Origin: Patellaria atrata CBS 101060
Lineage: Eukaryota
Assembly (NCBI GenBank): GCA_010093705.1
Contig: MU006090.1
Coordinates: forward strand, 372,001-436,000
DNA length: 64,000 bases
Direction of reading: 5' to 3'
Below the pieces are notes generated by a model. The model was not told the origin of the DNA and did no database searches. It saw only the letters and a program-made list of their open reading frames with translations. Each line of letters opens with the position of its first letter. The first letter of the stretch is position 1. This document shows, piece by piece, positions 35,274-47,475 of the stretch. The position numbers and the translations under genes are program-made.

Positions 35274-37493
35274 TCATGATTTTCCTTCAGCTTTCTGAAC
35301 CAGAGCTTCGTCTAAGCCCACGGGTTCCCAAGAAGTTCTATCCTTTCTATTCTGAGCCCAGATAACATCGCCTTTTAAGTAAACCATAACACCTCCTTTG
35401 CCACTTGCGGAAGCCGTGATACGAAACAGAGGGAGTCCAGTGAGCTCATGAGCTCTACGCTCAGGTATCATAAGCAGATTCTCATCAGTACACCATTCTT
35501 CGACGACGTCCTTGAACGTCGTTTCATCCTGGATATCATGCTTCGCTGATACGGGTTCTTTAGATGCAGGAATTGATGCATTGGGGGTCGAAGGCATAGC
35601 GATCGGAACAGTTGATCCCGCACTAGGTAGAGCAAGATCGGTCTTTGCTCTTTCAGGTCCCAGATCCAATGCTTGATTCATCATATCTAGACCTTCATCC
35701 CACTTTGCTGCAACGGCTGGCACAGCATTAACCTCCGAAGGGAGCTGAGTCTTCCACCAAGTGTACCAGGCGCCCACTTCCTCATAATTTGGGTCAGAAG
35801 TGAGCCAGACATGCAGAATATTAAGCCATTTAGGAAAGAATTCCGCAAGCATCAACTGGCCCATAACACTTGGTTTGAAGAAAGCATTCCACGCAAGGAC
35901 ATTCTCGAGTGGCGTAAGGTCCTGATCTGACGGGTCCACTTCGAAATCTGCTGCCAGCAGGGTCGACAGTCGAGGCAAAAGATGCCGCACCAACGCACTA
36001 TCAAGCTCACCACGAAGAACCTCGCGCCAGTTTTCAAGACCTGCCATCATTCCTTGAGAGAGATCCCAGGTATCTAAGGCTGCCCTAAATTTGCGTTTGA
36101 CATCTGCAAGTAGGCCGGTAGAACTTCGGGGATCATTATTTTCGTCCGATAAATATTGGAGCCATGGGAAAAGCCACACGTGTGGTAAAGGTTTTGCATG
36201 TTTCTTCCTTGATGATGCACGTGGATTCCAGTCATGTACCGCTGCAGACAACTTCTTCACAATAAGTTGATTTACAACGTTATACTCGACAAAGGGGGGG
36301 AGAATGTCTCTCCATGACTCTATCAAAGTGAGGAGTTGTGATGGTGAATGAGGATCCCATTCATTTGTGATCGCCGTCCGAACCTTTGGTAACCAAAGAG
36401 TGTACATCAATGATTCGTATGGAGTTGTCGCCTTATACCGTCTCGATAGTCCGATATCTTGAGCCCCTGTAAGGCCGTTTCCAGAATCTCTATTGATCGA
36501 AAGAATCGTTCGAAGACGATGAAAATAATGAACTAGATGCGTAGGATTCTCGAAAGGTTCCCAACCAAACATCTCCTGTTTGAAAAGTGGGTGAATAGAC
36601 GCGACGGCAACCTCAGATAACCCATATATCTCTATTTCATCATGGTACTCAATCTCCAGGTCTTCGAGCTGGGAAACTATCTCTTCCCACTTACTTGTTG
36701 CTTCAGCGGCATTCATAGTTCTATTGAGATCGAGTTGCTCTAGATCATGAACGACATCTGCGACTCTTTGAAGTTTGCGCCTTTGCTCCTCTTGGTCATC
36801 AATCTCTTGCTGTATCTGTTCCTCTTCGATGCCAACATATTTTTTGCGTTCATTGAGATCATTCCAATCATCTGCGAGACCTTCTAATTCTACCTTGGCT
36901 CTTTTCGCAATCTTCTCTGCCTCTGACTCTGCGGATGGTGTTCCGCTAAGAGGGGTCATCAACCCAGCGGTAGAAGTGAGCAACTTGTTCTCTTTTCCGG
37001 TGGCATCTATTAGTGATTTGAGGACATTAGGTACCACCAGACCATCCGTTGCAGCCTCAATATCAGCCGCTGTCCTGTACTTGACTTTTGGTTTTGTGAA
37101 ACCTCTAGGCGTACTTGTCCCACTACCTTGTGCGGATCTTGCAGCCTCTTTCCTCTTCCTACGAGCTTTTCGCTCCTCTTCGGATGAGTCCACATATTCT
37201 TGTCCTCGTGCTATTGCCTGCCTCTTTGCTTCCGCTTTTGCTTGTTCCGTCTTCTCTCTTACAGCACCAACACCTGCTCCCTGTGGACGTAGCTTGACTT
37301 CAATGGGATTTAAGATACCCTCTCCAGATTTTCCTAGACCCTGACCTTCTTTGTAACCCATTTTGGCCATCATCTTAGCCGCAAAGCCGGACATTTTTGG
37401 GGCCGCAGAGCTGTCACCGCCCATCTTTGCGCTCTTCTTCCGGTTGCCTGGGTCGTCGAAATCAGATTTCCGCTTAAAGGTTGCGCGCTCCAT
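35274..37493 (-). CDS. G-patch spliceosome disassembly factor TFIP11/Ntr1/Spp382 homologue
   Basis: G-patch [40 protein letters not shown], then GCFC domain ([34 protein letters not shown]). Start taken at MERATFKRK. Confidence 0.92.
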   Translation of the reverse strand: MERATFKRKSDFDDPGNRKKSAKMGGDSSAAPKMSGFAAKMMAKMGYKEGQGLGKSGEGILNPIEVKLRPQGAGVGAVREKTEQAKAEAKRQAIARGQEYVDSSEEERKARRKRKEAARSAQGSGTSTPRGFTKPKVKYRTAADIEAATDGLVVPNVLKSLIDATGKENKLLTSTAGLMTPLSGTPSAESEAEKIAKRAKVELEGLADDWNDLNERKKYVGIEEEQIQQEIDDQEEQRRKLQRVADVVHDLEQLDLNRTMNAAEATSKWEEIVSQLEDLEIEYHDEIEIYGLSEVAVASIHPLFKQEMFGWEPFENPTHLVHYFHRLRTILSINRDSGNGLTGAQDIGLSRRYKATTPYESLMYTLWLPKVRTAITNEWDPHSPSQLLTLIESWRDILPPFVEYNVVNQLIVKKLSAAVHDWNPRASSRKKHAKPLPHVWLFPWLQYLSDENNDPRSSTGLLADVKRKFRAALDTWDLSQGMMAGLENWREVLRGELDSALVRHLLPRLSTLLAADFEVDPSDQDLTPLENVLAWNAFFKPSVMGQLMLAEFFPKWLNILHVWLTSDPNYEEVGAWYTWWKTQLPSEVNAVPAVAAKWDEGLDMMNQALDLGPERAKTDLALPSAGSTVPIAMPSTPNASIPASKEPVSAKHDIQDETTFKDVVEEWCTDENLLMIPERRAHELTGLPLFRITASASGKGGVMVYLKGDVIWAQNRKDRTSWEPVGLDEALVQKAEGKS

Positions 37494-37998
37494 GTTTGGG
37501 GTGGGTTGCAGATGGGAAATTAGGATGGACGCGAGGGAGAAGTGTAGATAGAGGGATAGAGATATCGCTAGGGTTCTCAATTAATTTGATGGTTCGATGA
37601 ATAGGGAATTGTGGTCGAATTAAAAGTGTTGGAAGTATTGATCAAATCTTCGTTATCAAATGGTGGCTTGAGCGCGCAACGTTCGAGAGCCAAAGAGGGT
37701 GACAATTGGGGGTTCGTCGTTGCCCAGGCCAAGGCTGCGGCTTCCTAGGGTCTCACGGGCCTGGGGGTTTCCTCTAGGGTCTGACTGGGGACCTTGTTGG
37801 TTCTGGCTCTGCTCTCACCTCAACTCTCACCCTCGATAATACGCATACGGGACACGAGATGTTACTTTTCTGATACTACTTTCATTACCTTCTCTTCTTC
37901 GCCTTCGTTTTAACTTTTTCTTTTCTCTTTTCTCTCCAGATTGTAATTTAAGCTCGACTAATATTCTAAACCAAGCAATACATATTTTAGAGTGCAAT

Positions 37999-40900
37999 AT
38001 GGAATCCAGACCAACATTCGAGCGGACGGCCTCCACCGAGGGAGTACTCATGCGACACCCAGCTCCGGGATTAGAAGCCATACAAGGAGCATACATAGCG
38101 AATATAGACAGATTAGAAGAGACGGCTGAGAGATTGAGCACTGGTACATCGAGTTTAGGAGAAGAGATACGCAAACTTCAGCAGGAGCAGAAGCTGGGCG
38201 AGAGCAGAAGAGGCTCACTACATTCAACAACTCTAATCGAGGAGGGAAAAGCACGTCCGAATAATAGATCAAGGAATACTTCGACAAGCTCGTACGCAAA
38301 CTCAATAATTGACCTCAACAATTCCGCAAGATGGGGTGGCTACTCTCCCGGTGCGTTCGTAGGTTCTCCGGTTGGTTCTGTGAGATCAGGTTCTTGGTCA
38401 CAGCGATCTGCACCTCTTAACAGACCAAGATCGATTTCGAGGGGATCCAAATTAGAACAGATTTCAGATACTGAGGTTAGCCAATCCACCCATCAATCAA
38501 CAAGAAACGATTCACCCCCAAAGATCGACAACCGTGAAGATACCCATATAGAGTCCTTCTCCGCTACCTATGACCTTATTGCGAATGAGATCCAACGACA
38601 ATTGGACTTTCCCGGGCATATCGCTACGTTTGAGGAGAGTAGGGACAAAGTACAATCACAGGGAGGAATTCCCGAACGGTCCGCCACAGCTGCATCTGGT
38701 GAGATATATCAGGATGCAAGGTCTCTGTTCCATGATTTTGACGGAGTTCATTGCTCACCTGATGACGAGCATGGTATCGACTTCATGTCTAATATGGACC
38801 CTGCGGACCGTGATTCTGCGATGCTTCGGTCATTACCACAGCCACTTGCTTATGTTCCTCCCGGTCCAAGTGATAATATGGTATACTATCCAGCACCAGT
38901 ACCACGAGTGCTCAATCTTCCGAAACGTCTTTCACAACTACCGGCAGCCTCCGTACAGGCAAAGAGGAGAACGCAGTTGCTGGATGCCTTTCCTTCAGAA
39001 GCACGCAAATCCGCCGCATGGTTGCCGGATGAAAGGCGAAGCATGTCATCAGGTCCCTCTGAGCAAGATAGTGGGACTCATAAGCGTAATGGAAGCGTAG
39101 ATCCTAGTCGGACACTTCATATGTCGAATTTACCACCACAACTTCGAGCTTCTGTGTTCTTCGATCAACCTGCCGCAGCTCAGGAGGTAGAGATCATGGG
39201 TGATTCTGCAGCTGCTACTTTAGATAATATCTTGGAAGCAGCAGTACACGCACCTGCTCATGCTTTTACAGATCATCCCTTCGCTGGCCCCGTTGGCTCT
39301 GGAGTATATGGGAGAGAATCTATGAGAGCAAGCACAGCATCTTTGACAAATTCGGGTAAACATGCCCATAAGAAGAGTAAAGGGTCTATCAATCTATTCC
39401 GCGCTGGCAGATCTTCCTCCTCCGCCGATCTAGGAGGTTCTCTTCAAAGAAGAAGTAGTAAATTCAGTCTTCCCTTATCCCTAGATGGAAAGAAGAGCCG
39501 TGATAGTGGAGAATATCGACCCGCACCCAGCGCCGAGGCAGCGGAAGAGGACGATCTCGCCAGCGAAAAGACTCCCCTCCACCGCTCCGACTCCGAAGCG
39601 GATGATGAAGAACAAGGCCATGAAACTCAGAATGAAAATCAGATCCCCGAAGAACTAGAAGAACCGCAATTCTTCGGCCAACCCACAACCCTACTCGCTG
39701 AGCTCCAAATGCGCAAACAGCAGCAAAAACTCCGCAACCGTACTGCCGCCACTGCTTTCCCGAACGGCATGCACTCCACTCTGCTAGAAATGGATGCCGT
39801 GGCACAGGTGCAGAAGAATCAGCGCAAGAACAATCGCGTCGCGCTCGCGTGGGAGGATCCTGTACAACGCGCTGCCGACACTCAAAATGACGAAGATGAC
39901 GATGATGTGCCGCTGGGTATGCTGTTTGCGGGACGTGTTGGGGGTGCAGGTGCAGTCAATGCCAGAGAAGTCGATAGACCCATCGGATTGATCGAGAGGA
40001 GGGAGTTAGAAGACAACGAACCCCTGAGCAGACGACGAAACAGACTTTTCGGCAACCCGATAAACCGACAACCCAGTCCCGCAAAACACTCCCCTCTCTC
40101 CCCCCCTCCGGATCAGTCCACCAACCCTCTACCGTCTCCAGAGCTCAAACAGCAGGAAGAAAGCGAAGATGAAGAAGAGACGCTCGCGCAACGACTACGA
40201 AGATTGAAAACGAGAGAACAACTCGACGGCGCGATCAAAGACGTTCAAACCCGTCCCGTGAGCGGCGATTTCGCAACTGAGATGATGGGCAGGCTAGGCG
40301 TCAGTAATCAATCACAATCACAAATCTCAACCCCCCCACTCGTCTCTCGCACCCCTCCCAACGAGGAAGAAGAAACCCTCGGTCAGCGTCGCATCCGTCT
40401 TCGCGCCGAGGCCAGCGGCGGCGGAGGTACTCCCGGCCTTCTCACCCCCGGCGGCAGACCCCCGCTCAACGTCTCCCGCAGCATGGCGGACCTCCTGGCT
40501 GCGAATCCGGTCGGAAATGCGGCGAGGAAGGTCAGCGAGGAGATGTTGGTTGCGAATTTGACGCCGGGAAGTCTGCTGCAGCGGAACGAGAAAGCGCAGG
40601 CGAGGATTAAAGCGCAGACGTCTGAGGAGAAGGGGAGGATTGGGTTCGGGAAGAAACCGCTTGTGGATGTGCCGCAGGGGAAGGATTTGTTCGCGGGTCA
40701 ACAGCAAGCTGGGTTCCTAAATGCGGGACTTCCGCCTTTGGGTTTTGCGCAGAATATGGGTATGGGGACGCCGAGTCCCGGGATGCTGAATCCCATGGCT
40801 CTCATGTCCTCGCCGAATCTGGCGGGGATAGGGGTGGGTGTCCCCGGTGTTTCTCCCATGCCGGGTATGAATGGTATGGGCGCGGGATCGTATTTCCCGC

Positions 40901-41124
40901 AGATGCAGCCGCAGCAGTTCCCCATGATGGGAGTGGGCATGGGGATGAATATGCAGATGAACATGCAGGTCATGCAGCAGCAGATGGCTGCGATGGGGTA
41001 TCCTCAGGGCATGGGGATAGGGATAGGGATGTCCGGGGGAATGGGGATGGGAGTTGGGGGAGATCCGATGGAGCAGAGGCAGAGGGATATGATTGATCGG
41101 TGGAGGCAGAGTGTTATGAGGTAG
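37999..41124 (+). CDS. Large uncharacterised, probably disordered fungal protein (1041 aa)
   Basis: Intronless ORF with Ser-rich low complexity, islands such as VYYPAPVPRVLNLPKRLS and TTLLAELQMRKQQQK, and a Met/Gly/Gln-rich C-terminus ending IDRWRQSV. Confidence 0.85.
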   Translation: MESRPTFERTASTEGVLMRHPAPGLEAIQGAYIANIDRLEETAERLSTGTSSLGEEIRKLQQEQKLGESRRGSLHSTTLIEEGKARPNNRSRNTSTSSYANSIIDLNNSARWGGYSPGAFVGSPVGSVRSGSWSQRSAPLNRPRSISRGSKLEQISDTEVSQSTHQSTRNDSPPKIDNREDTHIESFSATYDLIANEIQRQLDFPGHIATFEESRDKVQSQGGIPERSATAASGEIYQDARSLFHDFDGVHCSPDDEHGIDFMSNMDPADRDSAMLRSLPQPLAYVPPGPSDNMVYYPAPVPRVLNLPKRLSQLPAASVQAKRRTQLLDAFPSEARKSAAWLPDERRSMSSGPSEQDSGTHKRNGSVDPSRTLHMSNLPPQLRASVFFDQPAAAQEVEIMGDSAAATLDNILEAAVHAPAHAFTDHPFAGPVGSGVYGRESMRASTASLTNSGKHAHKKSKGSINLFRAGRSSSSADLGGSLQRRSSKFSLPLSLDGKKSRDSGEYRPAPSAEAAEEDDLASEKTPLHRSDSEADDEEQGHETQNENQIPEELEEPQFFGQPTTLLAELQMRKQQQKLRNRTAATAFPNGMHSTLLEMDAVAQVQKNQRKNNRVALAWEDPVQRAADTQNDEDDDDVPLGMLFAGRVGGAGAVNAREVDRPIGLIERRELEDNEPLSRRRNRLFGNPINRQPSPAKHSPLSPPPDQSTNPLPSPELKQQEESEDEEETLAQRLRRLKTREQLDGAIKDVQTRPVSGDFATEMMGRLGVSNQSQSQISTPPLVSRTPPNEEEETLGQRRIRLRAEASGGGGTPGLLTPGGRPPLNVSRSMADLLAANPVGNAARKVSEEMLVANLTPGSLLQRNEKAQARIKAQTSEEKGRIGFGKKPLVDVPQGKDLFAGQQQAGFLNAGLPPLGFAQNMGMGTPSPGMLNPMALMSSPNLAGIGVGVPGVSPMPGMNGMGAGSYFPQMQPQQFPMMGVGMGMNMQMNMQVMQQQMAAMGYPQGMGIGIGMSGGMGMGVGGDPMEQRQRDMIDRWRQSVMR

Positions 41125-41769
41125 GAGTTGTTTTGTATTTTGAAGAGCATTGCTTGGTGTTTGGACTGGATGGGGGGGGGTTTTATATCGTATCTACTTC
41201 TGCGCTGGGGAATAGTCATGGTAGTATGGGTGTAGATATAGAACTACCTTGGCGATTATGGTATAATATGGTTTCACTTGTATACATTTTTATCTTATCA
41301 TATCTGTACCTGTATCTCCTCCATCGCGCTCGAGGCTTACGGATCCGGGTAGCGGTAGGAATACAAACTCTCAAGCAGAGTGATGAAGCTTCTCCTCTCC
41401 CGACCGTACCTTCCCTTAGAAACAATTCCCAGTCTATCCCGTCCGTGATACGGTATCAACCTACCCAACCCTAAAGAACAAAACTAAGGTACTCGTACAC
41501 CCATCGATTTGGACAATGTGTGATTTGAGTTGTAACCCAAAGTCCGCCATGCCATCTACGATGAACGAAGGAGATGAGCCGATTGTACATGTAAATCCCT
41601 GGTCCAACTTCAACTTCAGATCTACAGATTAACAAACGCGGATTCATATCGATCGTGCGTGGAATCTAAACCCTATATATCGAACCATATGATCTACAAA
41701 AGATCTCTCAATGCTAACGCGCCTTAAACCCCGCAACCTAACCTAGACGCCCTTCCCTCGAACCAAACC

Positions 41770-43428
41770 CTACGCCCCGCTCTCCCGGCCATGCTCATAC
41801 TCCCACCGTCCCCTCCTCCTCCCGACTTTGAACCTCCATAACCCAATCACCAATGGCGCGGGCACAACCGCGATACAAACAACCGCTTGAAACACAAGCG
41901 CGCGCTTCATGCTGCCCTCAGGCTCACCCTCAGCACCCTTAAGCGCGTTCATGATAACGATAAACAGTCCACCGAAGAGCTGGCCGCCGGTCCAGCAGAT
42001 CGTACTCCCAACCTCCGGCGACGCAGGCCACGTCGCTTCGACCAAATATTCCAACGCCACCGGCATTAAGGAGAAACTCGCAGCCCCGAGGATCGCGGCG
42101 ATGGTGAAAGGGGTGGCGAGGGAGCGGGTGGCGGGGGCCCAGATGAACGCGAGGTACGAGGCCGCGATGATGGGGACGAGGAGTTTGATAGCGAGGAGGT
42201 AGGCCTTGGTGCGGTCGAGGATCGGGGAGGATATGGCGGCGGCGACGAGGCCGACGGCGATGAGGAGGGCGCCTGTTATACCCGCGTCGGACTCGGTGTA
42301 GGCGTAGGGGTAGAGGATCTGGTTGAGCAGGGAGGAGAAGGCGTTGAAGGAGGCGACGTAGGTTGCGAAGGGGAGGAGGATAAAGTAGAAGGTTGGCGTG
42401 TGCAGGAGGATGCGGAGGGATTGGGTGATGGGGGTTTTGGGGAGGGAGGAGGAGGATGAGGAGGGTGTGGGGGGGTGTGGGGAGAGGAAGAAGGAGGGGA
42501 GACAGGCCACGGTGGAGATTAGGGAGACCCAGAGGACGAGGTTAGGGATGTCGGAGGGTTCAGTGGCCCACATTGGTCCTATCAGTTGGGCGAGCTGGTG
42601 TCATGTTAGTCTTGGAGGAGAGTTTGGGCGTTGGAGAGACGAACCGCTCCGCCGAATGGGTTTGCGAGTGAGGCTACGGCTGTTGCTGATATCCTCCCTT
42701 TTTCTGAAAACCACAAATCGCTGAAGCGTGTGGGTGCGGCGAGGACGAAGGGTTGTGCTAGGCCTGTCAATATCTGGCCGAACATTACCACTTTGAACTT
42801 CCTGCTCATCGGTGATCTGGCGCCTATGTACCGCACCCAATTTCCGGTGAACAGGAGGACGCTTGAGGCTACGATCGCGGGTTTGGGGCCGAGATGAAGG
42901 AATTTTATTACAAGGGGACTGACGGTGACGAAGGCGAACATGAAAGCGGTACTGAGCCAATTGACCGCCGTTTCTGATACTTCGAAGTACTCGGAAGTGG
43001 TTTTTGATACGGCTGAGAAGGTGAGCCACTGCGTTCAAGAGTCAGTATCTCCTAGTTATTTCCGTGACGTTGGAGAGCCTCACATCCCAGCTCACGACTA
43101 TATTCAAAAGCACCAACTGCAGCAGTCCAAACCAACGCTGTTTATACACTCGATAAGGCGCCGTGACTATACCATCTTGCCTCCTCTCCTCTCCACCCGG
43201 ACTTGCGACATCTTCCACGTATTCGGGTTGCGCCGACGAGCTCGACTCTCCATTCGTGAGCGGTGCTCCAATAACGCGGGTGGAGTCCTTCGTATCGGCG
43301 TAGCTGTCACGCGACTGCAACCGCTGCAAACTGTGGTCTTTGGGGTTCATGGACGGCGATGGGGGAGGGGAATCTTGAGGTTGGAGCAAGAGTCTCTCCC
43401 GCTCCTCTGCAGGGTGGGGAGAATGCAT
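41770..43428 (-). CDS. MFS transporter, FLVCR-like; exons 43428-43084, 43028-42645, 42594-41770
   Basis: [63 protein letters not shown] and multiple TM segments. Canonical introns. Confidence 0.9.
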
Positions 43429-44613
43429 CCAGATAAGTTCACATGCGCGAGGTTTACAATCTAGGTACGGAGTATAGGACTGAAAGGAGGTTAAATTACT
43501 TCATGCTGCATGTTCATTGGGTGAAGATGGCGGGGATCCCTCATTGAGGTGGTATGAAGGTTAAAGGGGTTTGATATGGAACATTTTGTATAGTAAGGAG
43601 GATTGAATTGTTCACTATCAAAAAAGAAAGAGTAAAGAACAGGAGGATATTCAATACCTATATCAGACTAATAAACTGACAAACGCAATCGTGAATCAGC
43701 ATTTTGCATCTCTCGAATGTTTATATAGAGATACCGTAGGCCGATGTTGAGTAGAAGAGTGTTACTTCGAGTATGTCTTTTATGACCTTTTCCTATTTCA
43801 AGTCATTGAGTTAGGAGCTGAAGAGTTCAAGATGCTTTTATATAGGTAATTCCTGTACTTAGTATATCTTTGAATTCGATTCTTACTGCATTCTGTACTA
43901 TTACTATCTTATGATACTGTACTCTAGTTGATCTCTGATCTCCCCTTTTTCCTCCCCTCGCTCACTGCGCCCTTCCACAGCCCCCGTTTCCCCAAGGAAT
44001 TGAGAATTGAATTCTGTCATTCCGAAATAGAACATTGCAACTGTAAACGTATCCTTACCGTCTTCGAAGGTAGTCTTTTTCTAGAAACACCGCACACCAA
44101 TCCTGTACCGTAACTGTTCGAATCTGCGCTGTCTGGCTAGCTACCGGGCGGTATTCATCGTTGCAGTGACGCCTGGGCTTGACATAGGTACATTTTATGA
44201 AAGCGCCATAGGCAGAAATTACAAGTAGTCAAGTACAGACTTGTACATCGCCTGCTCTTGCTTCATACAAAATACCCGCCAAAAGGTACACAAAAGCCAA
44301 AAAAGACTCACTTCACACTTGGACGTCCACCTTCCCTACCCCATAAACGCTTTCTTCCCACCTCCAACATTTCCTACCGACTCTTTGTTTCTCTTATTGA
44401 TATTTTATCCTCTTACAAAAATTTCCTGGGTTATCGCAGGCTGTCTAAAGCTGCAGATATCCCTGCCTGAAGACCAACCTTAGAACGTCACGGACACCAA
44501 CCCCTCCCACCGTGCACGCCCACACTACCATCCCCCCTCCCCCCCCCCCAATCCCATATTACATTCCTCCAACCTCTGATTACCTTACCCGACCAGCACA
44601 TCGCCCAAAGTCA

Positions 44614-46008
44614 ATATCTCTACCATCCGCTTACAGCAACGAAATCAACGCCCTCAATCGCGAAGTCCTCAACCATCAACCTACCGGCGTCCTCCAGTTC
44701 TGTGCCAACTTCTTCCTCCGTCGTCTCGAATCTCAGCGGGCCGAACCTCTACTGGCCGAACAGCATTCCTCAAGCAAGGAAGGTGGCATGGCTGAGAGCA
44801 AGTTCCCGGGCAGCAATCCTTTCGGCACGAGCCCTAGCGGCACGCTGACGACGAGTGGAATGCATCGTTTGGAAGAAGAAGAAGAAGCGGATACCATCGC
44901 CTCACCCACCGCTTCTTCCTTCCCACGTAGCAACAACAACATGGATCCCAACGCCTCTGCTTCATCCGGTGCCTCGCCCTTTGGCAACTTTGGCGGCTTC
45001 AATCCCACCGGCAAGGGCTCCTCAACCCTCTCTCCCTCCTCTAATCCAGGCGGTCTCGATCCCCAGAGTTTCCCAAACAACTACAAGATGAACCGTCGGA
45101 CATCCGTCTCCGCCGAATCTCTCAACCCAACCTCCTCCCTCCACGAAAACTGGACGCCACCCTACCACAACAAAACCCCAGAGCAGCAAGCACGTCTCAA
45201 GAAGGCCGTCTCAGGCAACTTCCTCTTCTCCCACCTCGACGACGAGCAATCCGTCCAAGTCCTCGGCGCCCTACAGGAAAAGCCGATCCCATCTAAGGAC
45301 ATCAGAGTAATCACCCAAGGCGACGCAGGCGACTACTTCTACGTCGTCGAATCCGGCCACTTTGACATCTACGTCAACGAATCCCGCAACCTCGAATCCG
45401 ACAAGCTTGAATCCGGCCTCATCGACCTGGGGTCCAAAGTCGGCGCCGTCGGGCCCGGTGGCTCCTTCGGCGAGCTCGCCCTCATGTACAACGCCCGCCG
45501 CGCCGCCACCGTCATCTCCTCCGAACCTAGCACCCTCTGGGCCCTCGATCGCGTCACTTTCCGCCGCATCCTCATGGACTCCGCCTTCCAGCGCCGGAGA
45601 ATGTACGAAGGGTTCCTCGAGACGGTCCCACTCCTCGCTTCCCTGACATCCTATGAACGCTCGAAAATTGCAGACGCACTCGAGACACGCAAGTTCCCTG
45701 CCGGCACCAAAATCATCACTGAAGGCGACGTCGGCGACGCGTTTTACATCCTCGAGTCCGGCACCGCCGAGGTGTACAAGCGGGGTAAGGATCAGCCGGT
45801 TAAAACGTACGGCAAGGGAGACTATTTTGGCGAGTTGGCCCTGTTGAATGATAAACCCCGCGCAGCGAGCGTGGTCAGTTCTGAGGAGGTTAAGGTGGCC
45901 TGGTTGGGGAAGAATGGATTTCAGAGACTCCTGGGGCCTGTGGAACCTATTCTGAGGAGAAATGATCCTACCAAGGAGGAGGGTGTTGATCCGCTCGCGC
46001 CGAGATAG
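44614..46008 (+). CDS. pkaR: cAMP-dependent protein kinase regulatory subunit (start uncertain: first AUG 44788; D/D domain from ~44614)
   Basis: RRTSVSAES inhibitor site; two cNMP domains (FGELALMYNARRAAT, FGELALLNDKPRAAS); upstream in-frame RIIa-like D/D segment LNREVLNHQPTGVLQFCANFF. Confidence 0.95.
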   Translation: MSLPSAYSNEINALNREVLNHQPTGVLQFCANFFLRRLESQRAEPLLAEQHSSSKEGGMAESKFPGSNPFGTSPSGTLTTSGMHRLEEEEEADTIASPTASSFPRSNNNMDPNASASSGASPFGNFGGFNPTGKGSSTLSPSSNPGGLDPQSFPNNYKMNRRTSVSAESLNPTSSLHENWTPPYHNKTPEQQARLKKAVSGNFLFSHLDDEQSVQVLGALQEKPIPSKDIRVITQGDAGDYFYVVESGHFDIYVNESRNLESDKLESGLIDLGSKVGAVGPGGSFGELALMYNARRAATVISSEPSTLWALDRVTFRRILMDSAFQRRRMYEGFLETVPLLASLTSYERSKIADALETRKFPAGTKIITEGDVGDAFYILESGTAEVYKRGKDQPVKTYGKGDYFGELALLNDKPRAASVVSSEEVKVAWLGKNGFQRLLGPVEPILRRNDPTKEEGVDPLAPR

Positions 46009-46672
46009 GGGGTGTGTGGGATAGGGATTATGGTAGGAGTGAACTAGGGGATCAAGGATGAAGGTGTGAATGGAGCGTAGAGAAGGAAACGAGGCATAGG
46101 AGGAGAGGGATCGAAACTGTACCCCTTGACCGATATGAGACATGAGGGTCTGTCTGGAGGGTCTGTCTGGCGTTGGACTGTGTGTGTGTGTTTTTTTTTT
46201 TCTTCTTTCCTTTGGTTTGTTTTTATCTTACTTAGTCCTATAGTGAGCTGAGAGAGAGGGTATTACCATATTACACTACACTTCACCACACTACACTACC
46301 TTGCACCACCGTAAGAGACGATGTGAGTATCTATCATATGATGTCTTGCCCGTTTTCGTGTCCGTTCGAGGGTCAGTGAAAAGTAGGAGAGTGAGTGCCG
46401 GGATCTTTGAGAGATGGATGGGGTTTTGGCGTCAGGTTGGTATATGACAGGTCATCAACATCACCGCCGCATTCACATCAAACACATCACATATCACACA
46501 TCACATCACTCAAACCAGCAACCCAAAACCAAACAAAAAGCGAAAAAGAAGTCTATATCTAACTACAGCGGGATACTCGATGCAAGACTCCAAGTTTGAG
46601 TTCGAGTTCGAGGTAGGTTCATAGTACAGCAGGGGTTCTTTGTACAAGGTAGGAGATGGCGTGGTGTTAGGA

Positions 46673-47475
46673 TTATTTGAGGGCTTTGAAGAGCTTGGGG
46701 GCGGCGCATTGGGTTGCGCAGTGTGTGAGGTGGAAGACTGGGTTGTGTTAGTCAGTGGTTTTTGGTTTGGGATTGATAAGAGGGGAGTGTTGTGGTGAAT
46801 GGGTAAGAGTAGAAGGAAGATGCATTGATGCCAATTGCAAGTTTGAGAATGGGAATTAAGAATGCGAAGGTGATCGGTTTCGATTGTTGAATATTGGGGA
46901 CGGGACGTACACTCCTCAACGCAATTCTCATCCGCCTTTCCCTCCTCATCGATCTGCCTCGTCACACGCTCGACGCACTCATCGTAGTGGTGCTTGACTC
47001 CGGAGCATTGTTTCGAATTGGCACATTCTACCCTCACATTAGCACGACCATCTCAGCCCATAAAACCCTTCTAATCATCTCAACTCCCCCAATCACACGA
47101 GAAAAACAAGGAGTCAAACCTACCCTCCTCAAACTTCGGCTTCGGATCCTCCGGCTCCTCTTCTTCCTCTTCCTCTTCCTCCTCCGGCGCCTCTACATCC
47201 TCACTCTCGGCCCTCGCTTTAGCCTGCCCGCCCGTCTGTCCGCCAGTCTGTGGCTTCGTGTCGCTGGTGTCGGTATCGCCGCTGCTCTTCTTGGCGTCCT
47301 TCGCGTTGACGTCGGCCTCCTCGTCGCTCTCCTCGTCGGTGCCGGAGGCGGGCGTGCGCGTGCTCGCGCCCCCGGATACCTGGCCCGACTGCGAGGACGA
47401 GGTCGGGGATTCGGCGTGCGTGGTCGAGGGGAGGAGGTCGGTGGTTAGGTCTGAGAGGAAGCTGAGGAGACCCAT
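46673..47475 (-). CDS. QCR6: Cytochrome b-c1 complex subunit 6 (hinge protein); exons 47475-47124, 47027-46911, 46737-46673
   Basis: Acidic stretch followed by EDPKPKFEE-ECANSKQC...KHHYDECVERV...ENCVEE-FFHLTHCATQCAAPKLFKALK. Confidence 0.93.

Noticed and set aside
45271..46143. 290-aa minus-strand ORF
   Set aside because: Antisense shadow of the codon-biased pkaR CDS.
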